Positions 1 to 9,211 are shown, numbered from the stretch's first letter. The stretch is DNA of 11,301 nt from a bacterium (GCA_965233585.1 CBDDTI010000141.1:1-11301); one strand, 5' to 3'. Made by a program: numbers and translations. Notes: generated by a model from the sequence alone, not told the origin.

Positions 1-92
1 AAAAAAAAAGGCCCAAGACGGGTCAACTGAAAAATGCTGACATCCCCAGTTTGATGTGTGTTTTTTGTGCTTCTTCTCTGGCAGACCACCTG

Positions 93-400
93 AACAACAA
101 CAACAACAGCTTTATATATCCGTTATTTTATAAAATAAAAAATAACGTAGTAGTATTAATAGTTATTAAATTAAACTAAGGGTAACTGTCAACCTTAAAT
201 AACCTGAAATAGTTAAAAACGTCAGGTTGCAAGTTAATTACATATATATCACAGTTTCTAACTAAAGTAAACACTACACACACGGAAACGTTAAATACAA
301 TGTATGAAAATAAGGAGATTAACCTTAAATACATGACACGACTATATTATCCTACGACTAACTGCCCTAAAAATACAGGTATTTGTTTGAAGTCATTTTT
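93..400 (-). mobile_element. Possible 3' UTR remnant of a LINE with a (GTT)n tail
   Basis: (AAC)5 at 93-107 next to tttata, which reads TATAAA then a GTT tail on the minus strand. 7-bp stem aacctga (201-207) / tcaggtt (222-228). AT-rich. No recognisable ORF2; right boundary uncertain. Confidence 0.35.
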
Positions 401-575
401 AAGTCAAGACAAAACTGCGCATGCGCATAGCTTTCTAAGATGGCAACGCCTTCAGCAATAAAATATTTTTTCAATCGTCTAAAGTAAATCTTGTAGGCCG
501 TGAACGCTTATCTTCGTTTTATTGTTTAAACAATCACATGAAACGTCCATTTCGCAATATATTTTCTATTCACAG

Positions 576-866
576 TTCCCAGTTTGCCTCCGACACGACT
601 CACCGCTCACAACACAAGTTCAACAAGTGTAATGGTCACGTGGCTGCCTGTTCCTGATGGATATGTGCATGGCATTCTTCGAGGTTATCGTCTCTTATTT
701 AAAATAGACGAGGACAGGTTTTACCGGAATGTGACAACAGTCAACCAAGGCTTTGAGCTGACGGGACTTGAAAAGTTTACTAATTATTCTGTTAAAGTTT
801 TGGCATTTACTGGGATTGGTGATGGAAATGTATCTTACCCTGTTCTCGTCTCAACTGATGAAGATG
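576..866 (+). CDS. Exon A: FN3 domain 1
   Basis: ttcacag|TTCCCAGT ... GATGAAGATG|gtaagt; 291 nt, phase 1-1. PSLPPTRLTAHNTSSTSVMVTW...HGILRGYRLLF...LTGLEKFTNYSVKVLAFTGIGDG...VSTDED carries the FN3 W, Y and L-x5-Y motifs. Confidence 0.95.
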
Positions 867-1465
867 GTAAGTTACTAGCACATCTTCAGCATTCTCTGCT
901 TCGAGCGAGGACCTTTTATGCTTATTACACACACAGTAACCATTGTTGCATAAGTTTTCACATGACCAGTTTTATATGGAGAACAAAATACAACAGTTGT
1001 AAGTTTTACTTGGCAAGTTGGAAAACTTTCTTATTTTTACCGGGTTTAACAAAGAAAATTACTCAAGGAGTAACAATATCATATGACGTTTCGGGGATTT
1101 CTATTGTACAAGGAGTAATGCGGCTTCAAAGAAAATTCGCCGGAAAGCTTTTTTTATTAGGCTATGAGCAGACTGAACTTCAAAAAAAAAACTTGTTAAG
1201 CAAAACTTGCTCTCCGTTCACTCAACCAGATATAAACTGCCAAAGATACTTGATGAGGAAACTCGGTCGTGAATTTGTTGAGATGCTTTCTTGCATAAGC
1301 CGGCACTTTTCGGGTTGTTCTCTGATGTCATTCTCTAATGTTTAGTTAAAGCGAAAAATGCTATTCAAAATGCCCCACAAAATAGCTTACCATACCGAAT
1401 CAAGTTACTGGGTATTTGAAGTTGTCTTCAAGGTCTACTATATCGTATATTTCGTCGTTGCAGCT

Positions 1466-2788
1466 AGCTTTGCTTCAAGTGAAGTTTGAACTTCATACCA
1501 ATCTTAGTTGCCCTCATATAGGGGAATCCTTGTTTACACTATTTTCCTCATCAGCATAACCAAGAGATTATCAAGGTGAGAGAGTGAATCCCCCATATAG
1601 GTCCTCTAACTAAAGTAATCCGTCTTAAGTTATTTTTAGACATAGTACCTAGTTCTTCCGAGGATGTTACTCGCGCGATGCGTGGACAGCCGAAGCGACT
1701 TTCTCGAAACTACTTGAGAACAAATGGCGGGAGCGTCATTTTATATGTTTTAGTTTCGTTTCATTCCGGAGATGTTTTCTGCACTTTCAGCCGCCTTTTT
1801 GTGCCGCCGGGTTTTCGTGTGTTATTCTGCTCTTTTGGCTGTTCATTATTTTGCTGTTTGTTCGGTTTTAGGGAGTTAAATTAAGCAAACTTCAACTGCA
1901 ACGGCAACGAGTACAATGGCTGTGTAAGCGTGCGATATAATTCTCTGTTCATTTCTACGCCGTTGTTTACAAAAGTTCACAAAACAACAACGTAAAATAG
2001 CCACATTCTGTATATTTCAGTGAACGTCAACGTGAACTATACGACGGCCAATATTTAAAATTTCTGTCTCGAATTTTGAAGCTGTCTTACATTTTCTGTT
2101 TAGGATATTTCTGACAGCATAGCCGGACAAAATGAATGAATTCAAATTCTCGCGAGAGATTCGTAGGTTGAATAGTAAGTCGTTTTTTAATCGACGTTGT
2201 CTAGTTGGCGTTGTTATCGTTGCTGCTTAAGCCGGCTGCTTTTTGCTATTTGGTCAGCGAGCGTGTGCTGCACTTTCGACCATCCGTTTTTTCGGTTGCC
2301 TATCTTGTGTTTGCGCATTTGTTCGCTTTGCACTCGTTTGTCAAAACATTTCTCTGCCGTTCATTCAGTTGTTATTGTTTGAGCGGTGTACATCCGTCTT
2401 TTATTTGAACTCCCATTAAAGTTTCGCAATGTATTACAGCATACCGAGAGCCGAAGCTTGTAAGCTTGTAAGCGAAATATCAATGAAGACATCTCCACAG
2501 CATTAGAGGTTTCACCTTGCTTTGAAAGGAAACGAAATGAAACATAAACTGATTCTCTTCGAAAACATCCACGCAACGCGCGAGTAATATCCGCGGAAGA
2601 ACTGGGTACAATCACTAAAAATAACTTAAAAGGGATTACCTTAGTTAGAGGACCTATATGGGGGATTCACTCTCTCACCTTGATAATCTCTTGGTTATGC
2701 TGATGAGGAAAATAGTGTAAACAAGGATTCCCCTATATGAGGGCAACTAAGATTAGTATGAAGGTCAAACTTCACTTGAAGCAAAGCT
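1466..2788. mobile_element. Non-autonomous foldback DNA transposon with 221-bp TIRs (Mutator/MULE-like by TIR length and possible 9-bp TSD)
   Basis: 1466-1686 is the reverse complement of 2568-2788, with about 12 mismatches by hand count and only 2 in the outer ~150 bp. Flanks gttgcagct (1457-1465) and gatggagct (2789-2797) match at 7/9. No transposase ORF inside. Confidence 0.85.
1870..2232 (+). mobile_element. MITE (AGGGAG-T-TAAG family) nested in the foldback element; right end truncated
   Basis: Starts agggagttaaattaagc and ends gcttaagc. Shares ordered blocks with 4562-4937: caacggcaacg, acaatggctgtg, aaaacaacaacgt, cgtgaacta, aatcgacgttgtct. Confidence 0.75.
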
Positions 2789-3175
2789 GATGGAGCTACA
2801 AATAAACCAGTTCTGAATATTGAAAGGTCATAGTACGATTAACTCTGCCAATGAATATGAGCCTGATGTATTGAGTACTTTTTGTGCAATGCAGGTTTAA
2901 AAACTCAAAATTTTACAAAGAATATATGAGCTCATTAGCGCTTTCGCCACCCAGAAATTTTGCAGTTTTGAATGACAATATCTCCTTGAATGTTACACAT
3001 AAAGAGCTACGAATTTCGCCATGCATTAAGTTTTACTAGCTCTTTAGCTTCCTGGAGTCAATTCATATCTAGCATGTTTCTTTGTGTACGCAAAGACGTA
3101 TGCAAATGAGCATAAATGTAAACAATGACGTCAGCATGAATCCCCCTATTAAATGCACGGCTTTTACTAACGCAG

Positions 3176-3475
3176 TTCCAAGCCTTCCACCTCAGAACGT
3201 CAGTGGCTACAACAAAAGTTCCACCAGTCTCCATGTAAGCTGGCATGAGGTGCCCGATGGCTTTGTTCATGGTATTCTGCTCGGTTACCGCGTGTTATAC
3301 AAAGTCGCAAATGGAACAAGCAATAACAGCGTCGTTTCAACTTCAGGAAATACAAACGAAAAAGAGTTGGTGGGATTAAAGAAATTCATCATTTATGAGA
3401 TCACTGTGTTAGCGTTTACAAGGATTGGGGATGGAGCAAACGCTACTAGCATATTCGTCTCAACTGATGAGGACA
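3176..3475 (+). CDS. Exon B: FN3 domain 2
   Basis: ctaacgcag|TTCCAAGC ... GAGGACA|gtaagt; 300 nt, phase 1-1. VPSLPPQNVSGYNKSSTSLHVSW...GLKKFIIYEITVLAFTRIGDG...VSTDED. Confidence 0.95.
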
Positions 3476-4066
3476 GTAAGTCGAACGTAATCCCCCTTTA
3501 CATGTAGACAAGTCTAATTTCATGTCCAGATTCAACTGAATTAAATATATGCTCTTGTATTGTTAATGGCAGGTTTTAACTGCAGTTTTCTTAATTGCAT
3601 CAGGAAAAACTAATGGGCGATTAAGTCCGACTCAGCAATCGAGTGTCGCATAGGTTTGGAGTTTAACTATAAATGGAGACAAATACTTTCATCTGATCAG
3701 CTTAGGTTGTCCTTAAAAACGTTGCCGCGATGTAATAGATAGCAACTACTACCCAAAAGCTCTTTGTTAGTCAGTTATGTGGTTGGGCTTTCTTTAAATG
3801 AACCAGATAATAACTGCAATGAAGCTAACATATCAGAATTCTTTTCGAACCCCCACCCCCTTCCAGTCTCCAGTAATGCCATCTAATGCATTAGAAGCTC
3901 TTTCAGGTCTAGAAACAATTTTCTCTCAATTTCACCCGCTGTACATGTTTAAAAATAACGCCAACCCAAAAGAAGGAGTTCCTATCATAAGATGTTAGAT
4001 GAAAATTTTATTCATCCAAATTTCCTTCTCTTGTCACTGAATAAACAATTCTTTATTTAATTTCAG

Positions 4067-4369
4067 TTCCAAGTCAACCCCCAACTGACCTAAAAGCATA
4101 CAATACAAGTTCTACAAGTCTTCAGGTGACCTGGGGAGAGGTACCAAAAGGATTTGTTCATGGAGTACTACAGGGTTACCGAGTGTTTTATAAAAGGACT
4201 GGTGACAAGAATGACAGTTATGTTAACTCGACCACAGGCCCAAACAAGCGCAAGCTTCACATTACAGGATTGAAAAAGTTCACAAAATACTCAGTAAAGG
4301 TTTTGGCTTTCACAAGAAAAGGCGATGGAGCTGTCTCTGTTAATATATCCGTTTTAACAGATGAAGACG
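4067..4369 (+). CDS. Exon C: FN3 domain 3
   Basis: tttcag|TTCCAAGT ... GAAGACG|gtaggc; 303 nt, phase 1-1. IPSQPPTDLKAYNTSSTSLQVTW...GLKKFTKYSVKVLAFTRKGDG...VLTDED. Confidence 0.95.
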
Positions 4370-4561
4370 GTAGGCTTTTTAAATTCTCCAACGTTTTTCA
4401 CTCATTCTGAACTTTAAACGTATGGTGCCGGCTTTTGATTTTTTCTATTCATGGTACATGTCGGTTTTCGTGGAGCTGAGGTATTTGGTTTAGTAAAAAT
4501 AAACTGCGCTAGAAAAATGTGTAATAATTATGACTGATTAAAGTTGTTGAGTAGTCCTATT

Positions 4562-4937
4562 AGGGAGTTTAAGATAACCACTACGGCAACGGCAACGGGA
4601 ACGTCGCTAAACAAAAGGTTTAATGAGCAGAACAATGGCTGTGCACGTGCGTTATAAATCTTTGTACATTTCTTTGCCGTCCTCCGCAAAACAACAACGT
4701 GAAATGACCAATTCTGCGTCGTCTGAAGAACGTGAACTACGACAGCTAATTTTTTAAAATTCTGTTTCAAATTTATTGAGGTGTCCCAGATTCAGTTTCG
4801 CGAGAGCATTGACAGTGATAAACAAAGTAAATGACCTAGGAGTATTCCAAGATTCGTGGGTAAAATATAAATTCATTTTATAATCGACGTTGTCTTCGGC
4901 GCGCGCGGCGTCGCCGTAGTAGCTTCTTAAACTCCCT
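4562..4937 (+). mobile_element. Complete MITE, probably PIF/Harbinger-related
   Basis: Perfect 13-bp TIR AGGGAGTTTAAGA ... TCTTAAACTCCCT, flanked by att / aat (imperfect 3-bp TSD). Subterminal ctacggc / gccgtag inverted motifs. Non-coding; related copy at 1870-2232. Confidence 0.85.
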
Positions 4938-4940
4938 AAT

Positions 4941-5165
4941 ATATCAAATACAACAGATCATGTTTGACCACATTTCCAGACACCGAGAAGAGAGTTCAAA
5001 ATACGACGTATTAATGACGAAGCACTGTCTTGGGTGTTTGATATATCTTCTCAATCAAAAATAAAACTAAGAAGTAAACGGAGAAATAAAATTGTAAAAC
5101 TCTATGCAAATTAATGACATATATTCAAACCCTTTTTACACGTAATAAATAAGTTATTAATGAGT
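4941..5165. repeat. Probable fragment of another interspersed repeat adjoining the MITE
   Basis: Inverted motif atatcaaatac (4941-4951) / gtgtttgatat (5034-5044). Resembles an anthozoan repeat family as I recall it; not verifiable here. Right boundary approximate. Confidence 0.4.
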
Positions 5166-5920
5166 TTACATGTAAGAGTTCATCTTCCAAGTGAAAGCTT
5201 ACTGGTTAGTATTGATGCTTCAATTTTCACACAAGATTCGGTAACTTAGAAGCTTTTCTGGTGTTAATTATGTTATCAGTAAAACACGTTATGGTAGATA
5301 AGTTGAACGTGTTGACAGTAACGCATTTCTTTTCCTGTGCACCTCATTTGCGAAGGCGAATAACAAATTTTAAAACTCATCAACAGTGCGATTATTACTC
5401 ATTCCGGGCGACTTTGGAAAAAGTTTCCTTTAGTAGACCAATAACATCGAAGAATCAAACATTAATTTTAGAACAAATTTGGAAACCCAGTTGCCATTCG
5501 TTGAGTGGTTTGTGTCGATTGTTAATTTTGTATCTTTTTATTGTTTTTGGTTTTAGTGGTCGCAAAACGAGTTTTCAAGCTAAATGTCCTGTGACATTTA
5601 TAATAGAACGCAGAGAAGTTGATAGTATTATTGTAACCAGGTCAAAAAGACCCTTACTTACCTTCACGAAAGAGATACAAGTCCATTGCTCGCAGTTAAC
5701 AATTAATTGGTCGGTTTTCTTATATGTGGCCTGGTTCAAGTAGTAACACTCGAACCTCATTACCGTAAGCTTTTTCAGGACTAAAACTTTCTCCAAGTTT
5801 ATTAAAACGTCATCAAAATTCAGGAATACACTCAGAGTTGTCTTGCTGGTTCGTCTTATCCAATTTCAAATCATCAGTTTTAAACTTAAGAAGAAATCAA
5901 GTGACTGTGTTTCTTTCTAG

Positions 5921-6223
5921 TTCCCAGTTTGCCTCCGCAAAATGTCCAATCACACAACACAAGTTCTACCAGTGTTAACGTCACGTGGTTTGAAGTTCCC
6001 ACTGGATTTGTTCACGGCATACTAAGAGGATATCGAGTGTTCTACAGCAGAACTCAACTTCAGCGGGCTACTGTCAATCACGCTGTTGTGTCTACTGGCA
6101 CACGTTACGTTTACCTGCTGGGACTGGATAAGTTTACAAACTACACGATACAAGTAGCTGCCTTTACAAGGATCGGTTATGGAGCCTTGTCTTCGGACTC
6201 GGTAGTCTCCACTGATGAAGACG
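5921..6223 (+). CDS. Exon D: FN3 domain 4
   Basis: ttctttctag|TTCCCAGT ... GAAGACG|gtatga; 303 nt, phase 1-1. VPSLPPQNVQSHNTSSTSVNVTW...GLDKFTNYTIQVAAFTRIGYG...VSTDED. Confidence 0.95.
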
Positions 6224-6419
6224 GTATGAATAGTTCAGCTCCTCCTTTTCTTCACTTCCAAGAGGTCATGATGGATTGTTCCGAGCTGCATTTTTTTTTC
6301 TTATTGCATTTTTGGTGAACGAACGAATGAATGAATGTTAATATAGGTCTCCTTGGGCATTGTTATTGTATATAATCTGTAAGAAACTAGCTCAAGTCTG
6401 ACTTTTTGTTTTAACACAG

Positions 6420-6722
6420 TTCCCAGCCTTCCTCCGCAAAACCTACGAGGAAACAACATCAGCTCAACAGCGCTAAGAATTACGTGGGACCCAGTTCCCA
6501 CCGGTTTCGTGCACGGTATACTGCGAGGGTATAGAGTGCTTTATAGAAAGACGAACGAACCCTCCACGCCATACACAGAGATAATTGTCTCACCCAGGAT
6601 CAGAGTGAAAGAAATCTACGGTCTCAAGAAGTTTACTTTCTATACAATACGGATTCTCGCGTTTACCGTCAAAGGTGACGGTGCCAAGTCTCCACCGCTC
6701 AACGTATCAACGGATGAAGACA
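6420..6722 (+). CDS. Exon E: FN3 domain 5
   Basis: taacacag|TTCCCAGC ... GAAGACA|gtaagt; 303 nt, phase 1-1. VPSLPPQNLRGNNISSTALRITW...GLKKFTFYTIRILAFTVKGDG...VSTDED. Confidence 0.95.
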
Positions 6723-7010
6723 GTAAGTATAAGATTTCAGTGAACGATATTTTACAAACGCTATATAAGTTTCAAGATGCTCAATTGAACATTCAGCCAG
6801 ACTATCTTGCTTGCTCCTCGGGAACGATTAGAATGCATTTAATGTTGGCAGTCAAATTTAGCAACGTAGCAGAGAATTCAGTAGCAAAGCCAACCCATAA
6901 TTGCATTGAAAAACGAAGTAGTTTAGGTATGCGAAATGTTTCTGACAGATGCCCTCTCCAAATAAATAAAAATCTATTGAAATCTCTAACTGCGACATTA
7001 ATGTATCCAG

Positions 7011-7322
7011 TTCCCAGTGAGCAACCAAGGAATGTTTATGCCGAAGACAAAGCAAGTGCGACAGTAATTTACCTGTCATGGAAGAGCCCCCCTGAACACA
7101 CCTTACACGGTATTCTACGCGGCTATTACATTTGGTACAGCGTCATCAGCCTTGGAATTTATGATCAAACTCCAGTTTTTCCACAAGACTACAAAAAGAA
7201 ACAGTTACCTGCGGAGTCTAAAAGCGATGCACTCACTGATTTGGAAAGTTACGCTACATACGACATAAGAATAGCTGCCTTCACCAGCAAAGGATATGGT
7301 CCCGTCAAAGACATATCATCAA
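7011..7322 (+). CDS. Exon F: FN3 domain 6 (divergent, membrane-proximal)
   Basis: tatccag|TTCCCAGT ... TCATCAA|gtaagc; 312 nt, phase 1-1. IPSEQPRNVYAEDKASATVIYLSW...HGILRGYYIWY...LTDLESYATYDIRIAAFTSKGYGP. Confidence 0.93.
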
Positions 7323-7868
7323 GTAAGCGTGATTATTCGTTGTGCAATATGAGTATTGTTACGGTGTCTCATCTACTTTTGCCGCGTACTGAGTTTGTGG
7401 GAGAGTTAAAACGAAATTTTGTCCCCTACACTATAAAGCTACCTTCTTGTGACTTTTCGAGTTAGGAGAATGCTTCAAGTTAAGGAATTCTTACAGCGAT
7501 CTAAGGGAATAAAGGGTTCCCTGACCTTAAAAAGTATTTCAACTACAAAGGAAATGTTATACACGCGTTGTAAAGTGTACACTGTTGTATGAAGGCCACA
7601 CTCCAGTGTAATTCTTTCAAACAATACTCGCAACAAGTACTTAAATTGACTCGAGTTATAAGCAGGTAGCAACTAACCTTTTTACACACTTTTCTAAAAA
7701 AAGCACAAAAACTTGTATGTATACAATCTTTCTAAAAAGAGCAACTATATTCAGATTTTTTCACGGTATCGCCAAACCTCTTCTGGTCCCATTCTTTAAT
7801 ACATGGTGAATTGGCGATGTTTAGATTTGTAAACCTCGTATGAAATTAAACTTTTTCCCCTTCCAAAG

Positions 7869-8244
7869 GAACCTGCAGATGTCGCTCCACGATTCCGACT
7901 AACTGGTGGAACAATCCTCCATACGTGAACTCACAACCATATAGCAACAGAAGCAAGGAAAGCGGTATCTTGCCAACCATACTTGAGTTGGCTGTTTCTC
8001 ACTGCTGCCAGGAGTGCGATGAGTTCGGCAGCACGACGATTGACTTCACAACTGATGCGAATGGCTTACAAGCCGAGAAAGATGGTGTTATTGAGGTTAA
8101 GGACGCCATCAGCACTAAAACTATGATTTCGTTTGGAATTGTTGGTGTAATGCCTCAGGAAAAGTACTATAGTCCTGACGGCATAGCGGAGTACGTGCCT
8201 TTCATGGAGACTCCGGGCGTGGCTTTTATCGTAGCTGAAAAGAG
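7869..8244 (+). CDS. Exon G: Cys-containing extracellular domain resembling the S1 lobe of a type II periplasmic-binding/iGluR ligand-binding domain
   Basis: ctttttccccttccaaag|GAACCTGC ... GAAAAGAG|gtgaga; 376 nt, phase 1-2. RTCRCRSTIPTNWWNNPPYV...SGILPTILELAVSHCCQEC...EYVPFMETPGVAFIVAEK. The exon itself is well supported. The domain call rests on motif resemblance (PPYV ... GI..IL ... PF...G..FIV). Confidence 0.82.
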
Positions 8245-8912
8245 GTGAGAGAACTAAAGAAAGTAATACACTGAATACGAAATCAACTTTGTACAAAGTC
8301 ATTAATTAATCTATAAATTGAACTAACGTATCCTGAAAGTTTAAATTTCAAAATAAATCTCGCGTTTTTGGAAGATGTAAGTGTAGATCTTTACCTGTTT
8401 GACATGGAAGTTTGCAAGATTCAAAATCTCACGTTTTAATTGTGGTAACGATCACTGAACCTCGACTATTTTCACTTAAATAAATGTGGCTATAAGTTAA
8501 TTTTCTTTTCCCCCCAATGCACTGCCTTCGTACACAGGTGGTCGCTCGTATTTAGCCTGCCAAATACATAAAAAAGATTAACTATCTTTTGTTTCAACCA
8601 TTGGCCCTTTCAAAATTACAAAATAAAAGCTTTTAAGTTAATGCTATCGACTACAGGAAACTCATCTTCACTGAAAAAACTTTAGGTGTATTGCGTTTGC
8701 AAGTAGTGCGCAGCTGTTCTTGATTAAAGCAGAGACAAATTCACACAAGAGGTCTTTACCCAGAATGGACGAGAGTGATTATCTTTTTAAAGAAACCGTT
8801 GGGCAACAAAACTGAGCTGGCAAGTGAAATAATTAGCTCTTTATCGTCCTGAAGTGGGTGAAGGTGAGTTGGCAAGTTAACTGTGTAGTCGTTCATCAGA
8901 ACAAAAAGAGAA

Positions 8913-8974
8913 GCTAACGCTCAAAACGTCAGCCTCACAAACTCGCTATGGCATTTAACTTACCTTTATCAACT
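8913..8974 (+). repeat. Decayed relic of a Penelope-associated hammerhead-ribozyme repeat
   Basis: gctaacgctcaaaacgtcagc ... tacctttatcaact resembles the cnidarian repeat CTGACGAAGGGCTAACGCTCGAAACGTCAGC...TTTATCAACT as I recall it. The catalytic boxes are mutated here. Confidence 0.5.
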
Positions 8975-9056
8975 TTATAAATTAGGATAACAAACACAAA
9001 AGGGATTGAACGAGCTCTTTCAAACTGTAAGACCTGCCTTGATTCGTTCCATGCAG

Positions 9057-9159
9057 AGATATTCACAAAGAAGTGCTACTAGCGATTCTAAGCTGTTGGC
9101 CTGCTGTCGTCATCGCTTGTATCATGACTTACGTGGCTGGAATTGTCGTGTGGGCTCTG
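9057..9159 (+). CDS. Exon H: transmembrane helix (pre-M1/M1-like)
   Basis: ttccatgcag|A GAT ATT CAC ... TGG GCT CTG|gtaagt; 103 nt, phase 2-0, matching the phase-2 end of exon G. Translates (R)DIHKEVLLAILSCWPAVVIACIMTYVAGIVVWAL. This is a different frame from the listed ORF 9006..9197. Confidence 0.85.
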
Positions 9160-9211
9160 GTAAGTTTCCTCTATTTCTTAAATTAGGACAGGCTTGATCA
9201 AGTACCTTCAT

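Larger units (their letters stand above)
576..9159 (+). other. Partial multi-exon gene (8 exons visible): FN3 x6 + putative PBP/iGluR-S1-like domain + transmembrane helix; 5' and 3' ends outside the window
   Basis: All eight exons are bounded by AG and GT. Intron phases are compatible (1,1,1,1,1,1,2, then 0). The joined 2291 nt read without a stop codon. Confidence 0.88.

Noticed and set aside
1678..2615. Short ORFs inside the foldback element as a transposase
   Set aside because: They are 61-84 aa, low-complexity, have no DDE or DNA-binding motifs, and cross nested-element boundaries.
2700..2715. CTGATGAG-GAAA as a hammerhead core (also CTGATGA at FN3 exon ends)
   Set aside because: There is no stem II between the boxes. 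The exon-end matches simply encode T-D-E.
5261..5796. 160-aa (+) and 73-aa (-) ORFs as an extra exon or nested gene
   Set aside because: No FN3 or other recognisable motif, non-ATG starts, and no convincing phase-compatible splice pair identified.
576..7322. Naming the gene Dscam, sidekick or PTPRF/D/S
   Set aside because: The FN3 repeats are of that type, but no Ig or phosphatase domain is visible and the membrane-proximal exon G does not fit those genes.
7768..7818. Inverted repeat atcgccaa / ttggcgat
   Set aside because: Only 8 bp with a long loop, which is expected by chance.
3058..8302. Minus-strand ORFs overlapping exons (3058-3270, 6301-6501, 6858-7079, 8066-8302)
   Set aside because: They are short antisense shadows of the + strand exons with no independent coding signal.
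9006..9197. Listed 63-aa ORF as the coding frame
   Set aside because: The real exon (9057-9159) is in another frame, fixed by the phase-2 junction with exon G, and encodes a TM helix.
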